Shown: one piece after another, positions 1-10,300 of the stretch
How the letters are laid out: each line of letters starts with the position of its first letter
Numbering within the stretch: position 1 is the first letter of the stretch
Notes under the pieces: model-generated
Told to the model about the DNA's origin: nothing
What the model saw: only the letters and a program-made list of their open reading frames with translations
Database searches by the model: none
Translations under genes and position numbers: made by a program
Source of the DNA: an uncultured Clostridia bacterium
GTDB lineage: Bacteria; Bacillota; Clostridia; Christensenellales; UBA1242
Reading direction: 5' to 3'
DNA: 64,000 nt
Assembly (NCBI GenBank): GCA_947629745.1
Contig: CANREZ010000004.1
Coordinates: forward strand, 8,808-72,807

Positions 1-2634
1 GGAATAGAAAAGAAATTTGGCGCACACACACCTGAGATTGACGAGAGAATTGAAAAGGAAATGTCGCTCATCGAGAGTCAAGGTTTCGTCGAATATTTCT
101 TGACTGTGCGAGATTATATACAATTTGCAAAGTCCCATGATATAGATGTTGGGCCAGGTAGAGGCTCAGGCGCAGGATCACTTGTGGCTTATACCATTGG
201 CATTACTAATGTTGACCCGCTAAAATATGACCTGTTTTTTGAGAGGTTCATCAATAAGGAACGTATCACCGCGCCAGACTTTGATATCGACTTCCAGGAT
301 AATAGACGTGATGAAGTGTACAACTATGTCCTAAATAAATACGGCCCAGACCGTGTGGTGAAGATTATCACGTTCAACAAAATGAAAGCAAAGAACGCTA
401 TAAAGGACGTCGGCCGTGTGCTGCGCGTGCCATATAGCGTGACAGATAATATAACGAAACTCATGCCTAACCCAAAGCCAGGTGATGAGAATATGATAGT
501 AAAATTGTTTGGCTTAAATCCTGATGACACAACGGGTCGCAGTGCAGACCTAGTGGAATTGTACAATTCCAGTGACGACATCAAGCGTATGGTGGATATT
601 GCAGCAAAACTAGAGGATACGCCAAGGAATACCTCAGTGCACCCATGCGGAGTGTTAATAGGATTTGACAATCTATTCAATTATATCCCACTTGCAAAGA
701 TCGGTGATGATGTCACGACTCAGTACGAGAATAAGTGGTTGGAAAAATTAGGACACTTAAAATTTGACTTCCTAGGCCTTAGGAACTTGACTGATATAAA
801 ATATGCTAAGAAGTATATCAAGGAAAATTACGACGTTGATATAGATTTTGATAAGCATGGTTACGACGACAAAGACGTCTTTGACATGATATCTCGTGGA
901 GATACCAAGGCCGTGTTCCAATTCGAATCCGGCGGAATGGTACGATTCATGAAGGAGCTCATGCCAACTAGATTAGAGGACCTGATAGCAGGAGTCGCAC
1001 TCTACCGTCCAGGTCCAATGGATGAGATCCCAAATTATGTCTACGGCAAACACCATCCGGATAAGATAAAGTATTTGCATCCGGATATGGAAAATATTGT
1101 GAAGGACACATATGGTGTCATAGTGTACCAAGAGCAGGTCATGCTGATACTTCAGACTCTTGCGGGATATTCTCTAGGACAGGCAGATATCGTCCGCCGT
1201 ATGATGAGTAAGAAAGAGCTAGATAATATGGCAAAGGAGAAGCTAGTCTTCCTAAATGGCAGACCAGCCGAGGGCGGCAAACCAGCTATCGATGGAGTGC
1301 TAAAGCGTGGCATGAGCGAGGAGCTAGCAAATACACTATGGAATGCTATTGAGAAATTCGCTAGTTACGCGTTCAACAAATCTCACGCGGCTGTGTATGC
1401 ATTCGTTGCATATCAGACGGCTTATCTAAAATGTCATTATGAGAAAGAATTCCTCACCGCTGTGTTAAATAATAGAATCACTGCGGCTAATGAAATCACA
1501 AATTACGTTCGTTATGCAAAGGAAAAGGGTATTGAGGTCCTGCCTCCAGATATCAATCTATCTGATACGTACTTCACTTGCAAGGGCAAGGAGAATAAGA
1601 TTCGCTTTGGCCTCGCTGCGCTAAAGAACGTTGGCATCAACCTCATTGACTCCATTATCGCTGAGCGTGACCGTGGAGGAAATTATAAGGACCTTTACGA
1701 CTTCATCAATCGTCAAGCACCAGGCAACCTAAATAAACGTTGTATGGAGAGCTTGATACTATCGGGGGCATTTGACTGCTTCGGCAAGAATAGGTCGCAG
1801 CTGATGAATGTTTATCCGAAGATAATTGACCGTGTCGCTGCGGATAAAAATAGTCGAGCTATTGGCCAGTACAGTTTGTTTGACACCGTGCTAGTCGATG
1901 ATGAGTCAAATAAGATAGAGTATCCAGATATGCCAGAGTATAGTTATGAGACTAAGCTAAAACTGGAGAAGAGTCTAGTCGGCATCTACATCTCAGGCCA
2001 TCCACTGGATAAGTACAAGGAAAAATTAGATACATTCGAGTACAATAGTGAAGATATGTCACTAGGTGAAGGTGGACAGGACAATGACGATAACAATGAT
2101 GAGATTATAACCCTTGGTGGACTAAAAGATGGCGACCACGTGACTATGGGTGGCATGATCACTGAGTATAAGCGTCATATGAATAAAGCCGGCAAGGAAA
2201 TGGCATTTGCGAAATTGGAGGACCTGCATGGCTCAGTGGAGATAACGATATTCCCACTAGTTTATGCTAAGAACAAGGATATAGCAAAGGACGACAATTT
2301 GGTGACTATCTCGGGAAAACTAAATCTTAGACCGGGAATGCCCCCAAGTGTTGTTGTGGATAGCATTGTTGCTTGGGAGAGGATAGCAGATAGCGCTGAT
2401 CAAGGTCCACATGCTAGGGAAAAGACGTTATATCTCATGTATGACCTAACGAATATTGCTCTGCATGAGAGTATTGTAAAATCTCTAAAATCATATCCAG
2501 GCACAACACCAGTTGTGGCAAAATGCAGTGTGACGGGCAAAGCATATCAGATAGGATGTGAAGTGAATACCGATAGTTTCCTTATGTCCGAGCTTCGTGC
2601 ATTTATCCCGGATCATCATATGAAAGTTTGTTAG
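1..2634 (+). CDS. dnaE: DNA polymerase III alpha subunit, C-terminal 877 codons (5' end outside window)
   Basis: Frame 1 is open from nt 1 (GIEKKFGAHTPEIDERIEKE precedes the tracked Met at 61). Pol III alpha hallmarks are present: PDFDIDF, KFDFLGLRNLT, AVFQFESGGM, LYRPGPM, VYQEQVM, FNKSHAAVYA. Stop at 2632-2634 is followed by a terminator. Confidence 0.95.
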   Translation, partial: GIEKKFGAHTPEIDERIEKEMSLIESQGFVEYFLTVRDYIQFAKSHDIDVGPGRGSGAGSLVAYTIGITNVDPLKYDLFFERFINKERITAPDFDIDFQDNRRDEVYNYVLNKYGPDRVVKIITFNKMKAKNAIKDVGRVLRVPYSVTDNITKLMPNPKPGDENMIVKLFGLNPDDTTGRSADLVELYNSSDDIKRMVDIAAKLEDTPRNTSVHPCGVLIGFDNLFNYIPLAKIGDDVTTQYENKWLEKLGHLKFDFLGLRNLTDIKYAKKYIKENYDVDIDFDKHGYDDKDVFDMISRGDTKAVFQFESGGMVRFMKELMPTRLEDLIAGVALYRPGPMDEIPNYVYGKHHPDKIKYLHPDMENIVKDTYGVIVYQEQVMLILQTLAGYSLGQADIVRRMMSKKELDNMAKEKLVFLNGRPAEGGKPAIDGVLKRGMSEELANTLWNAIEKFASYAFNKSHAAVYAFVAYQTAYLKCHYEKEFLTAVLNNRITAANEITNYVRYAKEKGIEVLPPDINLSDTYFTCKGKENKIRFGLAALKNVGINLIDSIIAERDRGGNYKDLYDFINRQAPGNLNKRCMESLILSGAFDCFGKNRSQLMNVYPKIIDRVAADKNSRAIGQYSLFDTVLVDDESNKIEYPDMPEYSYETKLKLEKSLVGIYISGHPLDKYKEKLDTFEYNSEDMSLGEGGQDNDDNNDEIITLGGLKDGDHVTMGGMITEYKRHMNKAGKEMAFAKLEDLHGSVEITIFPLVYAKNKDIAKDDNLVTISGKLNLRPGMPPSVVVDSIVAWERIADSADQGPHAREKTLYLMYDLTNIALHESIVKSLKSYPGTTPVVAKCSVTGKAYQIGCEVNTDSFLMSELRAFIPDHHMKVC

Positions 2635-2639
2635 CAATT

Positions 2640-2671
2640 GATATAGGTGGCAGCACCTATATCTTTTTTTT
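2640..2671 (+). terminator. Rho-independent terminator of dnaE
   Basis: Perfect 10-bp stem GATATAGGTG / CACCTATATC with loop GCAG, followed by a T8 run. Confidence 0.85.
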
Positions 2672-2742
2672 ATTATTAAAAATATTTGGTATTGAAAAGT
2701 AGTAATTTTTGTGTTAATATACTAAGTAATAGGAGAGGAGTC

Positions 2743-4233
2743 ATGTTATTCAATTGTTACAAAGGTGAAGGTGTCCCATTTGAGTTTAGACCACAGGGAT
2801 TAGAGGAATTTTTTGATGATAAGAATATTTATGAACTAGTGGTAAATGGTGACTATGACGGGATATACAAGAAATATATTGATTTCCTAAAGGATAAGAA
2901 AATGGCTTATAGCAAGGCCCTAGCGGTATATCTTGCTAATAAGCAATTAGTAGAGGCGGGTGAAAAGACCGAAAGGATACCGCACCCATATACATTCTAT
3001 ACCGCAAACGTTATCACAATTCGTCTAAATAGAGGTGAGTTACATAGAGATATTATGGATGAGCTTAAGGGTCTTATCAAATATTTTGACGAAAAAGGTT
3101 TTACGGTAAACATTATCTTATTTAAGAATATTCATGATCAGCTACCAAATTCTAAAGTTAATTATTATTATAATGTTTTCAATATAGAGTTGTTAGACGA
3201 ATTAGATAGGCAGTTAAATAACGCTAAGCATAGGGGCGCGCTTAGATTCATGGAGATATATCCACCTATCAATATCCGTATGGATGATGAGGAACGTAAG
3301 GGACGTGCTAGAGTGCCGGGCATATTTAGTTATGAAGAAGGCCTAAATAGAATGTGGACCCTTGATGACATCAAACTAATATATAGGGAACTAGAGAAGA
3401 TAACAACCACTATTACAAATAACCATTATTCCGAACTTGAGGCAATGGCTTATATTCACTACTATGCAGTGCACAATTTTAGGAAGCAAGATATTGGGCT
3501 TGAAGAGAGCAGGACTCTCATTGGTCTATTGAAACACAAGTTGGGACTACAAGCTGGCTTTGCGACATTTATTAAGGCTGCAGTGGACAAGTTAAAGTAC
3601 AGCCGTCTTAGCTGCGACTATGTGTGCATCAGCTACTATGATACTGAGGGCAACCCACAGCAGGCATTGGTCAATAAGATTACATTATGCGATTACAAGT
3701 ACCAGACCAATCATATTCCAGTGAGTGGCACATTTATCGAGGACTCATTTAGTGACGCTAAGAGTAGCAGCAATGAATCGTTGTATGATATTAATAAAAA
3801 TGCTGTATCATTCGCACACTTCCTGATGCCTTTTGATATGGCACTATGGCAAAGTGTTTATGTAAATTCGGATACTGTACCTAGTTATGCTGTTCCATAC
3901 AGGAGACTCTATGCTCTATATGGAATATTCCAAAATTATGAGGGCAGTGCTCAATTCATTTATGACGAATTTAGCAAGTGGGGAGAGCCAAAGAAGATTC
4001 CATACACCATTATGCGATATTTATTCACTAATATGATGGCAAGCCTATGTGACGAGTTTGGTCTAAGTGATGTGGAATACTTGCGTGGAATTGTTGACGG
4101 CACGAAATTTACGCGTAACTTCGTCGATGCTAACAACCCAACTTGGTTACTGCTATTTGAGGATGCAGTGAATTATTATTTAAGGGCTATCAAGAATACA
4201 AATAGTGATGACAACCGTGGAGACGGGAAATAA
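2743..4233 (+). CDS. Hypothetical protein; paralogue of the next ORF with a degenerate transglutaminase-like core
   Basis: ATG 2743 is preceded by AGGAGAGGAG (2731-2740). The tracked TTG at 2686 lies beside a TTGAAA-17-TAATAT promoter-like site (2692-2720). Collinear similarity to ORF 4285-5904: TANVITIRLNRGEL/TANVFTLLINKSEL, GFTVNIILF/GLSVNIFV, KGRARV/RGRARD, YIHYYAVHNF/TIYYYAVKRF. Positions matching the paralogue's Cys and His read Gln/Ala and Ala. Confidence 0.6.
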   Translation: MLFNCYKGEGVPFEFRPQGLEEFFDDKNIYELVVNGDYDGIYKKYIDFLKDKKMAYSKALAVYLANKQLVEAGEKTERIPHPYTFYTANVITIRLNRGELHRDIMDELKGLIKYFDEKGFTVNIILFKNIHDQLPNSKVNYYYNVFNIELLDELDRQLNNAKHRGALRFMEIYPPINIRMDDEERKGRARVPGIFSYEEGLNRMWTLDDIKLIYRELEKITTTITNNHYSELEAMAYIHYYAVHNFRKQDIGLEESRTLIGLLKHKLGLQAGFATFIKAAVDKLKYSRLSCDYVCISYYDTEGNPQQALVNKITLCDYKYQTNHIPVSGTFIEDSFSDAKSSSNESLYDINKNAVSFAHFLMPFDMALWQSVYVNSDTVPSYAVPYRRLYALYGIFQNYEGSAQFIYDEFSKWGEPKKIPYTIMRYLFTNMMASLCDEFGLSDVEYLRGIVDGTKFTRNFVDANNPTWLLLFEDAVNYYLRAIKNTNSDDNRGDGK

Positions 4234-4284
4234 AATATTTATCTATTTGGATATTCAAAGAAATTAAAATATGGAGGGGATAAT

Positions 4285-5904
4285 ATGATATTCACTTTTA
4301 ATTCACATTCAGCTGATGGCGTCAAATTACTTGATGCGATCACAGCAGGGGATATGGAGGCTATCCACAAAATATATGTGGATAGGCTAAAATATGAGAA
4401 GAGTATGTTTAGCGACTATATGAAATTCTATATCTCTCATCGCAATAATGCAAAGGCTGAGAGACAATATGTGAGGAATAAATATTCTTGGGGTGATGAT
4501 GCTATCAAAATTAATCAAGTGAATGTAGGGGACATAGAGCATTCGTCATTATATAGACTAAATATGAATCCTCCAAAGCTCCCAACAGCGAATGTATTTA
4601 CTCTTCTGATCAATAAGTCGGAGTTAACACTAGACCTATTGGATAAATTGGAGGACGCTATAAGATATCTACTGGACCAAGGTCTCAGCGTGAATATTTT
4701 TGTTACCGCAGCATTCAGACATTATGCAGTAACACCAGCGTACATTTATTCTAGTAAAGTGCTATATAAATTGCAGGAACTAGACAAATTAGTATCTAGC
4801 AGCAAACACGGCGGATGGGTAAAAATTAGTGAGGTAGACGAAACAGAAAATATTAGATATGACGACTCACTAGATCGTGGCAGAGCCAGAGATATCAGCG
4901 AGTATGAGACTGTCGAGGATCATCCACAAAATCTGCTAGGTCCAGACGATATTATAGACCTTAATGAAAGGATAAATGATCTATGTAGTGATATAAAATC
5001 CGCAGGACTATCTCCATTCGAAGCATTTGAGACGATATATTATTATGCAGTCAAGAGATTCGGATATGTAGAAGATGCAATATCATCTAAATTTTTTGAT
5101 ATGGCTCAGCTAAACAAAATAAATAGGGGAGTGTGCACTGCAGTTTCGCAGTTCATACAAGCATGTACCTTTAGACTAGGTATGCCGGGCCTAAAATGTG
5201 ACCTAATGTATCTGCAGATGCAAAATAGGGATAAGGATATTATATCCCATGTCGCTTGCAAGGTAATGCTAAATGACCCAAAATATGGGATCAAAGGAAA
5301 TTATACCTCCGACCCAACAGCGGATTTAAAAGTTGTGGATATCCTAAAACATGACTCAAGTGATGAAGATATAGCAACCATCTTATCTAATAGATCTAGC
5401 GATGGTGACGCAGAGTCTGCCACATCAGATGATAATGTACGTGGAGCATATCAGTTATTTGATATTTATAATGTTGAGCCTGCTGTATCCATGGCATTTA
5501 GCTTGATTCCAACGAAACTCCTTAGATATTACAAGAGTAATGTGGAAATTTTTGCACAGGAGGAGGTAACCCCTTGGGGAAAGATACATACTAGATATGA
5601 TACAATAAAGGAATTAAAGCAACATGATATACTAGATAGATTAATTGAGGAATCATCTGGTGCCACACCTATATCGAGCGATCATATTGTAGAGTGCCTA
5701 ACAAATATTGATGGAATACTGAAGGAACTAGATTTTGATAACGATTTCATTCCTCAAACTCTAGATGATACCATATTCTGGAGCAAAGTAATTACATACA
5801 ATCTACTACTAAATCATAGGCCAAGGCTATGGGTTGACGATATCAGAAATTCGAAATTCGATAACATGATTGAGTTAAACAGGAATGGCAATCGAGACGA
5901 GTAA
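4285..5904 (+). CDS. Putative transglutaminase-like (Cys-His-Asp) fold protein
   Basis: RBS GGAGGGG lies just upstream. The motif RGVCTAVSQFIQACTFRLGMPG ... SHVACKVML ... YTSDPT matches the order and spacing of the transglutaminase core (G-x-C ... R-x-x-G-[IM]-P ... H ... D-P-T). Family assignment is by eye only. Confidence 0.6.
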   Translation: MIFTFNSHSADGVKLLDAITAGDMEAIHKIYVDRLKYEKSMFSDYMKFYISHRNNAKAERQYVRNKYSWGDDAIKINQVNVGDIEHSSLYRLNMNPPKLPTANVFTLLINKSELTLDLLDKLEDAIRYLLDQGLSVNIFVTAAFRHYAVTPAYIYSSKVLYKLQELDKLVSSSKHGGWVKISEVDETENIRYDDSLDRGRARDISEYETVEDHPQNLLGPDDIIDLNERINDLCSDIKSAGLSPFEAFETIYYYAVKRFGYVEDAISSKFFDMAQLNKINRGVCTAVSQFIQACTFRLGMPGLKCDLMYLQMQNRDKDIISHVACKVMLNDPKYGIKGNYTSDPTADLKVVDILKHDSSDEDIATILSNRSSDGDAESATSDDNVRGAYQLFDIYNVEPAVSMAFSLIPTKLLRYYKSNVEIFAQEEVTPWGKIHTRYDTIKELKQHDILDRLIEESSGATPISSDHIVECLTNIDGILKELDFDNDFIPQTLDDTIFWSKVITYNLLLNHRPRLWVDDIRNSKFDNMIELNRNGNRDE

Positions 5905-5931
5905 ACTAACTAAAAATTTTAGCAAAATCTA

Positions 5932-5960
5932 TTGACAATAGTATATATTTTAGATATAAT
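5932..5960 (+). promoter_or_regulatory. Consensus sigma-A-type promoter of the rplJ-rplL operon
   Basis: TTGACA (5932-5937), a 17-nt spacer, then TATAAT (5955-5960). Confidence 0.8.
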
Positions 5961-5966
5961 ACCCAT

Positions 5967-6120
5967 GATAAAAATTAAATTTTATACCATAGACAGTACG
6001 GGACATATGTCTTAATAATCGTACCGAGGTTAAAATGTTTAGATTGTGAATTTTGCAACCTTACGCTTTAACTTTGGCGTAAGGTTTTATTTTTATCCAC
6101 ATTTATAAAGGAGGATAATA
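5967..6120 (+). promoter_or_regulatory. Ribosomal protein L10 leader-like 5' UTR with terminator/attenuator hairpin
   Basis: About 150 nt of untranslated leader lies between the promoter and rplJ. A perfect 10-bp stem AACCTTACGC (6057-6066) / GCGTAAGGTT (6078-6087) is followed by TTATTTTTAT, 30 nt before the rplJ RBS. This matches the known L10(L12)4 autoregulatory attenuator layout of Firmicutes. Confidence 0.7.
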
Positions 6121-6606
6121 ATGAGTGCTAATCAGGAAGCAAAGAAAGTCTTAGTCGAAGAAATCAAAGAGAATTTGAAGCAAGCAAAGTCCGTCGTTTT
6201 CCTAGATTATACTGGTCTATCAGGTAATGAAGCTGTAGATCTGAGGAAGAAGGCAACCAAGGCTGGCGTCATATACAAAGTCTACAAGAATAGACTCATG
6301 CTCCGCGCATTGAACGAACTAGGAATCACAGGTTTTGACGCAAAGCACTTAGAAGGAACAACCTCCGTTGCTTTTGGTCAAGACGAAGTATCTGCTAGCA
6401 AAATCGTTGTGGATGGTATTAACGATTATGGCAAAATGTCTGTCAAGTTTGGCTTGCTTGACGGCAGAGTAATTGACGAAGCAGAGATCAAACAATTAGC
6501 CAAAACACCAAGCAAGGAAGTACTCATCGCAATGTTACTTTCTGCTCTCAATGGACCTATGTCTGCACTATGCCGTGCGCTAGATGCCATTGCAAAGAAA
6601 AATTAA
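6121..6606 (+). CDS. rplJ: 50S ribosomal protein L10
   Basis: RBS AAGGAGG. The protein reads KKVLVEEIKENLKQAKSVVFLDYTGLSGNEAVDLRKK...YKVYKNRLM, typical of L10, and sits immediately upstream of rplL. Confidence 0.97.
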   Translation: MSANQEAKKVLVEEIKENLKQAKSVVFLDYTGLSGNEAVDLRKKATKAGVIYKVYKNRLMLRALNELGITGFDAKHLEGTTSVAFGQDEVSASKIVVDGINDYGKMSVKFGLLDGRVIDEAEIKQLAKTPSKEVLIAMLLSALNGPMSALCRALDAIAKKN

Positions 6607-6628
6607 GTAGTATATAAGGAGAAAAATT

Positions 6629-6994
6629 ATGGAACTTAAAGAATTTGTTGAAGAAATTAAGAAACTATCAGTCATGCAAGTATCCGAGCTTGTCAAGATG
6701 TTAGAGGAAGAATTTGGTGTCAGCGCAGCTGCTGCTGTAGTTGCTGGACCTGCTGCTGCAGGTGAGGCTGCTGCAGAGGAAAAGAGCGAATTCACCGTTC
6801 ACCTCAAGGAAGTCGGACCAAACAAGATTGCAGTCATCCGTGCTGTCCATGACTTAACCGGTCTAGGACTTAGCGATGCTAAGGCAATCGTCGACAAAGC
6901 ACCATCCGTTGTCAAAGAGAACGTACCAGCTGAGGAAGCAAAGAATTATGAAGCAAAGTTGAAAGAAGCTGGCGCAGTTGTCGAACTCAAATAA
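6629..6994 (+). CDS. rplL: 50S ribosomal protein L7/L12
   Basis: RBS AAGGAG. An Ala-rich hinge ([20 protein letters not shown]) is followed by [24 protein letters not shown]...EAGAVVELK. Confidence 0.97.
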   Translation: MELKEFVEEIKKLSVMQVSELVKMLEEEFGVSAAAAVVAGPAAAGEAAAEEKSEFTVHLKEVGPNKIAVIRAVHDLTGLGLSDAKAIVDKAPSVVKENVPAEEAKNYEAKLKEAGAVVELK

Positions 6995-7015
6995 ATTTAC
7001 TTTATAAATGTGAGG

Positions 7016-7048
7016 AAAGATGTCAATTTACTTTGGCATCTTTTTTTT
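7016..7048 (+). terminator. Rho-independent terminator of rplL
   Basis: Stem AAGATGTCA / TGGCATCTT (one mismatch) followed by a T8 run. Confidence 0.75.
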
Positions 7049-7262
7049 GCATTGAATAGTAAAATATATAATAGAAGAAGAGTATTAAAATAACTTGAAT
7101 GAATGTAACCTATATATTAGTGTTAATATATTTTAAAGAACAATATATGTAATTATAAGATTGCAACTTAAATATCATTATCGATAATTATAAAAATAAA
7201 ATGTTACCTATATAATAAAATATATAATCCACATTATATAAAATAAAATATTTATAAAGAAC

Positions 7263-7296
7263 AAAAAAATTGCTAACGGGTTGTTAGCAATTTTTT
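7263..7296 (-). terminator. Bidirectional hairpin terminator downstream of the giant minus-strand gene
   Basis: Stem TTGCTAAC / GTTAGCAA with loop GGGTT, flanked by A7 on one side and T6 on the other. It lies 84 nt past the stop at 7380. Confidence 0.7.
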
Positions 7297-7379
7297 ATCT
7301 ATTGATTGTAGATTTATTACTTCAATATTTCAAAGATGAAACTTTTTATTTTAATAATTCCACAATATACACTAATAGA

Positions 7380-10300
7380 TTATTTCACCTTCATTCTACG
7401 TCTTAGTACGAAGAATATCACAACGCCTGCAACCACTGCGACCGATGCTATCACTATCACTATGATTGCCGCGGTATTTAGAGGTTGAGTACGGGTGAGT
7501 TTGTAGGATGCGACTAGTTGTCCTTCCTTGGTAAATATTTGTATCCAGTTGTCACCAACTGTCCTTAGTGTCAATTCACGTCTTACGTTCTCACCAGCGG
7601 TCTCGGCATTGATCTCAATTGGAGTGCCATAACCCGTTGCTGTGATGTAGCTATCACCAATCTGACTGTAGATGACATTGGTATTGTAGTAGACGACTAT
7701 TTCCTTGCTCGTGCTAGTACCAAAATCTATGGATGCACTAACTGCTGGATTTTCGTCGTTGATCCATACCACGAAGTCAAATGCTCGAGTCTCGTTGTAT
7801 CCTGCAAGTCTTGCTGTCACATACACGTGATATGTGTCGTTGCCTGTGAGGGTAGAGGAGAGGATCAAGCTATTGTCATTTGGTATCTCGTAATTTTCGT
7901 TAGCACCTTTGCTCACTCTGTCGATTGTAAATCCAAGATTTGAGGAAATACTGACAAAGGATGTAGCAATGGTTGGGCTAATTATCACGAAATTGTACTT
8001 CGTCATAATTGGCGTTGGGGTGTCATTTGGCTTCCTACTATCGGTCACGAAACTTGTGATGGACACACTGTATCTGCCCGGATCATTAAATGAATACACA
8101 TAGCCACCACCTGCACCAATATTTGTAGCAGTGATTGTATTGCCATTTAGTGTAGCAGTCACCTCTGGGCTAGTGGATGCGTATAGCGATCTATTGGATA
8201 GCGTGAGTGTCACACCAGAGTTTGTGATGTAACCCTCGATTGGGGTATCCTCGTTTATCATGAATTCCACAGCGTTGATGATGTAGAATTCCACATAGTT
8301 GTTAGTGCCAAATACTTGTCTATTACCTGCGAGGTCATAGAATTCTAGTCTATGGCGACCGGTTGTAGTAATGGATAAGGTAAATTTCTCTGCTGCGGTC
8401 GTGTAGTAGGTCTGCACGTAGTGACCGTTATAGTAGTAGTCTGCCTGCACCATGTTGCCTGGCACAGAGTAGAATGCGTCAAACGTGACGACTACGCCGC
8501 TAGTAGCAAGCCTCATGTCACTGATGCCCTCTATCACTCCATCCTCACCAGCTATATCCATATCGGTGAATGAAGGATGAGCTATATTGCTCTCGGATGC
8601 GATGCGGATGATCTCTACATAACGCTCAGCACCCATAGAGCCTGTGCCGTAGATTCTAAATAAATTACGATTGTTGCTATTTGCTACACGCTCGACAACT
8701 AAGTTATTATTCCTATTGACACGGATTAAGATATAGTTGCCGGATATGTCACCAGTTGTGTCTCCGTCAAATGTGATATTTAGTTCATCACTTTCTGGTT
8801 TGTCAAATATTGATGTGACATAGAATGTGTGTAGAGGCCTTGTGTTGTACACTGCTGCGAGTGGACTTGCGGTGAACCTCTGCTCAATGCCATTTACCAC
8901 ACCTATCACGGCGTAGGTAGATAGATTGGATATAATCTTCCTGATATACAGGTCATTTGATGTATCGCTATATCCTAGGCCATTGGTGATGGACAATCTG
9001 TATGTGCCCTCGAGTGTTAGGGTATAACCCTTGGTCACATTGTCTATCACTTGGGTGATATTACGATTTAGGGTAGAGTCGAAATATGTCCTCTCCACTC
9101 TCACCGTTGCACCAAATCTGCCGTCAGACCAAGTGACTTTAAAGTCCTCGGATATTTCGGTTGGATTATTCCTATCACGGCTGATGCCGGATATCACTTC
9201 ATCACCCACGTTGGTCACAATAATATTTTGTAATTCATGAGTGATCTCAAATTCATAGAAGCTTGTGAGTGGATGACCTTCGGTGTCAAATTGACCGTTG
9301 GTGACAAGCTCAATTCGGAATCTAAATGACTTCACGTCTCCACTCCTAAGCACGACAGTTATCGTCCTTAGACTATTTATCTCGCTGATTGTGATATCTG
9401 CGAAACTGAGTGGGCTTGTGGTATTGTATGTCTGCCAGCCAAGGTAACTATTATTTGGGTCCATATAACTAATTGTAGACTGATAGGTTGGTGATGGGAA
9501 GGTCATTGTCACGTGATGAGCGGTGTAATTGACATCATCTATTGTCACATGAGACCATGCGCCATAATCAATATCCACAGTGTATTGCACGCCAAATGCG
9601 TAATATTCTTCACTAAGTCTATCGAAGTTGTCAAGGGTGGTAAATTTGTATGCACCTACTCCAAAGACAAATACATCATCTGCATTTGGATGTGATGGGA
9701 TTGCTTTGCCGCGTGCATCTTGGCTTAGCAAGTTCCATGCGTTGTTGGTGAATTGATACACCTCGAATCTAACTAGCTCAGTCTTGCCACCCGGCACGGT
9801 ATCCCTTGGGATGGTGATGGAGAATTCGTTAGCCGATAGTTGCACTGGCACTATCTTTAGAATTGGTGTTGGGATAGTATAGACGAATGCTAAGTCGTAC
9901 GTGCTATCATATCTATTGATAAATCTGATATTGAATGAATAGGAAGTTTTAGCAGTATCTGCCTCAATTGCAGCAATTGCTGAATTAAACTCGGCAATGA
10001 ACGCATCAAAACTCTCTATACCATTTATCCTTGGGTCGTTCTTTATATCATAAAGTGTGCCATTCTCATCACTGATTGTCACACGCTGCCATCCATCGAC
10101 TGCGCCTGACATGGTGACTAGTTCTAGTCCCTGACCATTGATTGCCTCATCAGATGGGGTGACGTTAGAATATGTGTTAGTGCCAAGGTTTGTGTACCTA
10201 AGTGTTGGAGCGAATGTGTTAGCTCCGTCGGATAGATGCACGACATATTTGGTGTAGTTGCCTGCTTGGTCTACTTCCACAAACTCATAGTAGCCTGCGA

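Noticed and set aside
6580-6795. A 71-aa minus-strand ORF with an Ala/Pro-rich tract.
   Set aside because: It is antisense to the rplL Ala-rich hinge (GCTGCTGC runs read the same way on both strands), so it is a shadow ORF.
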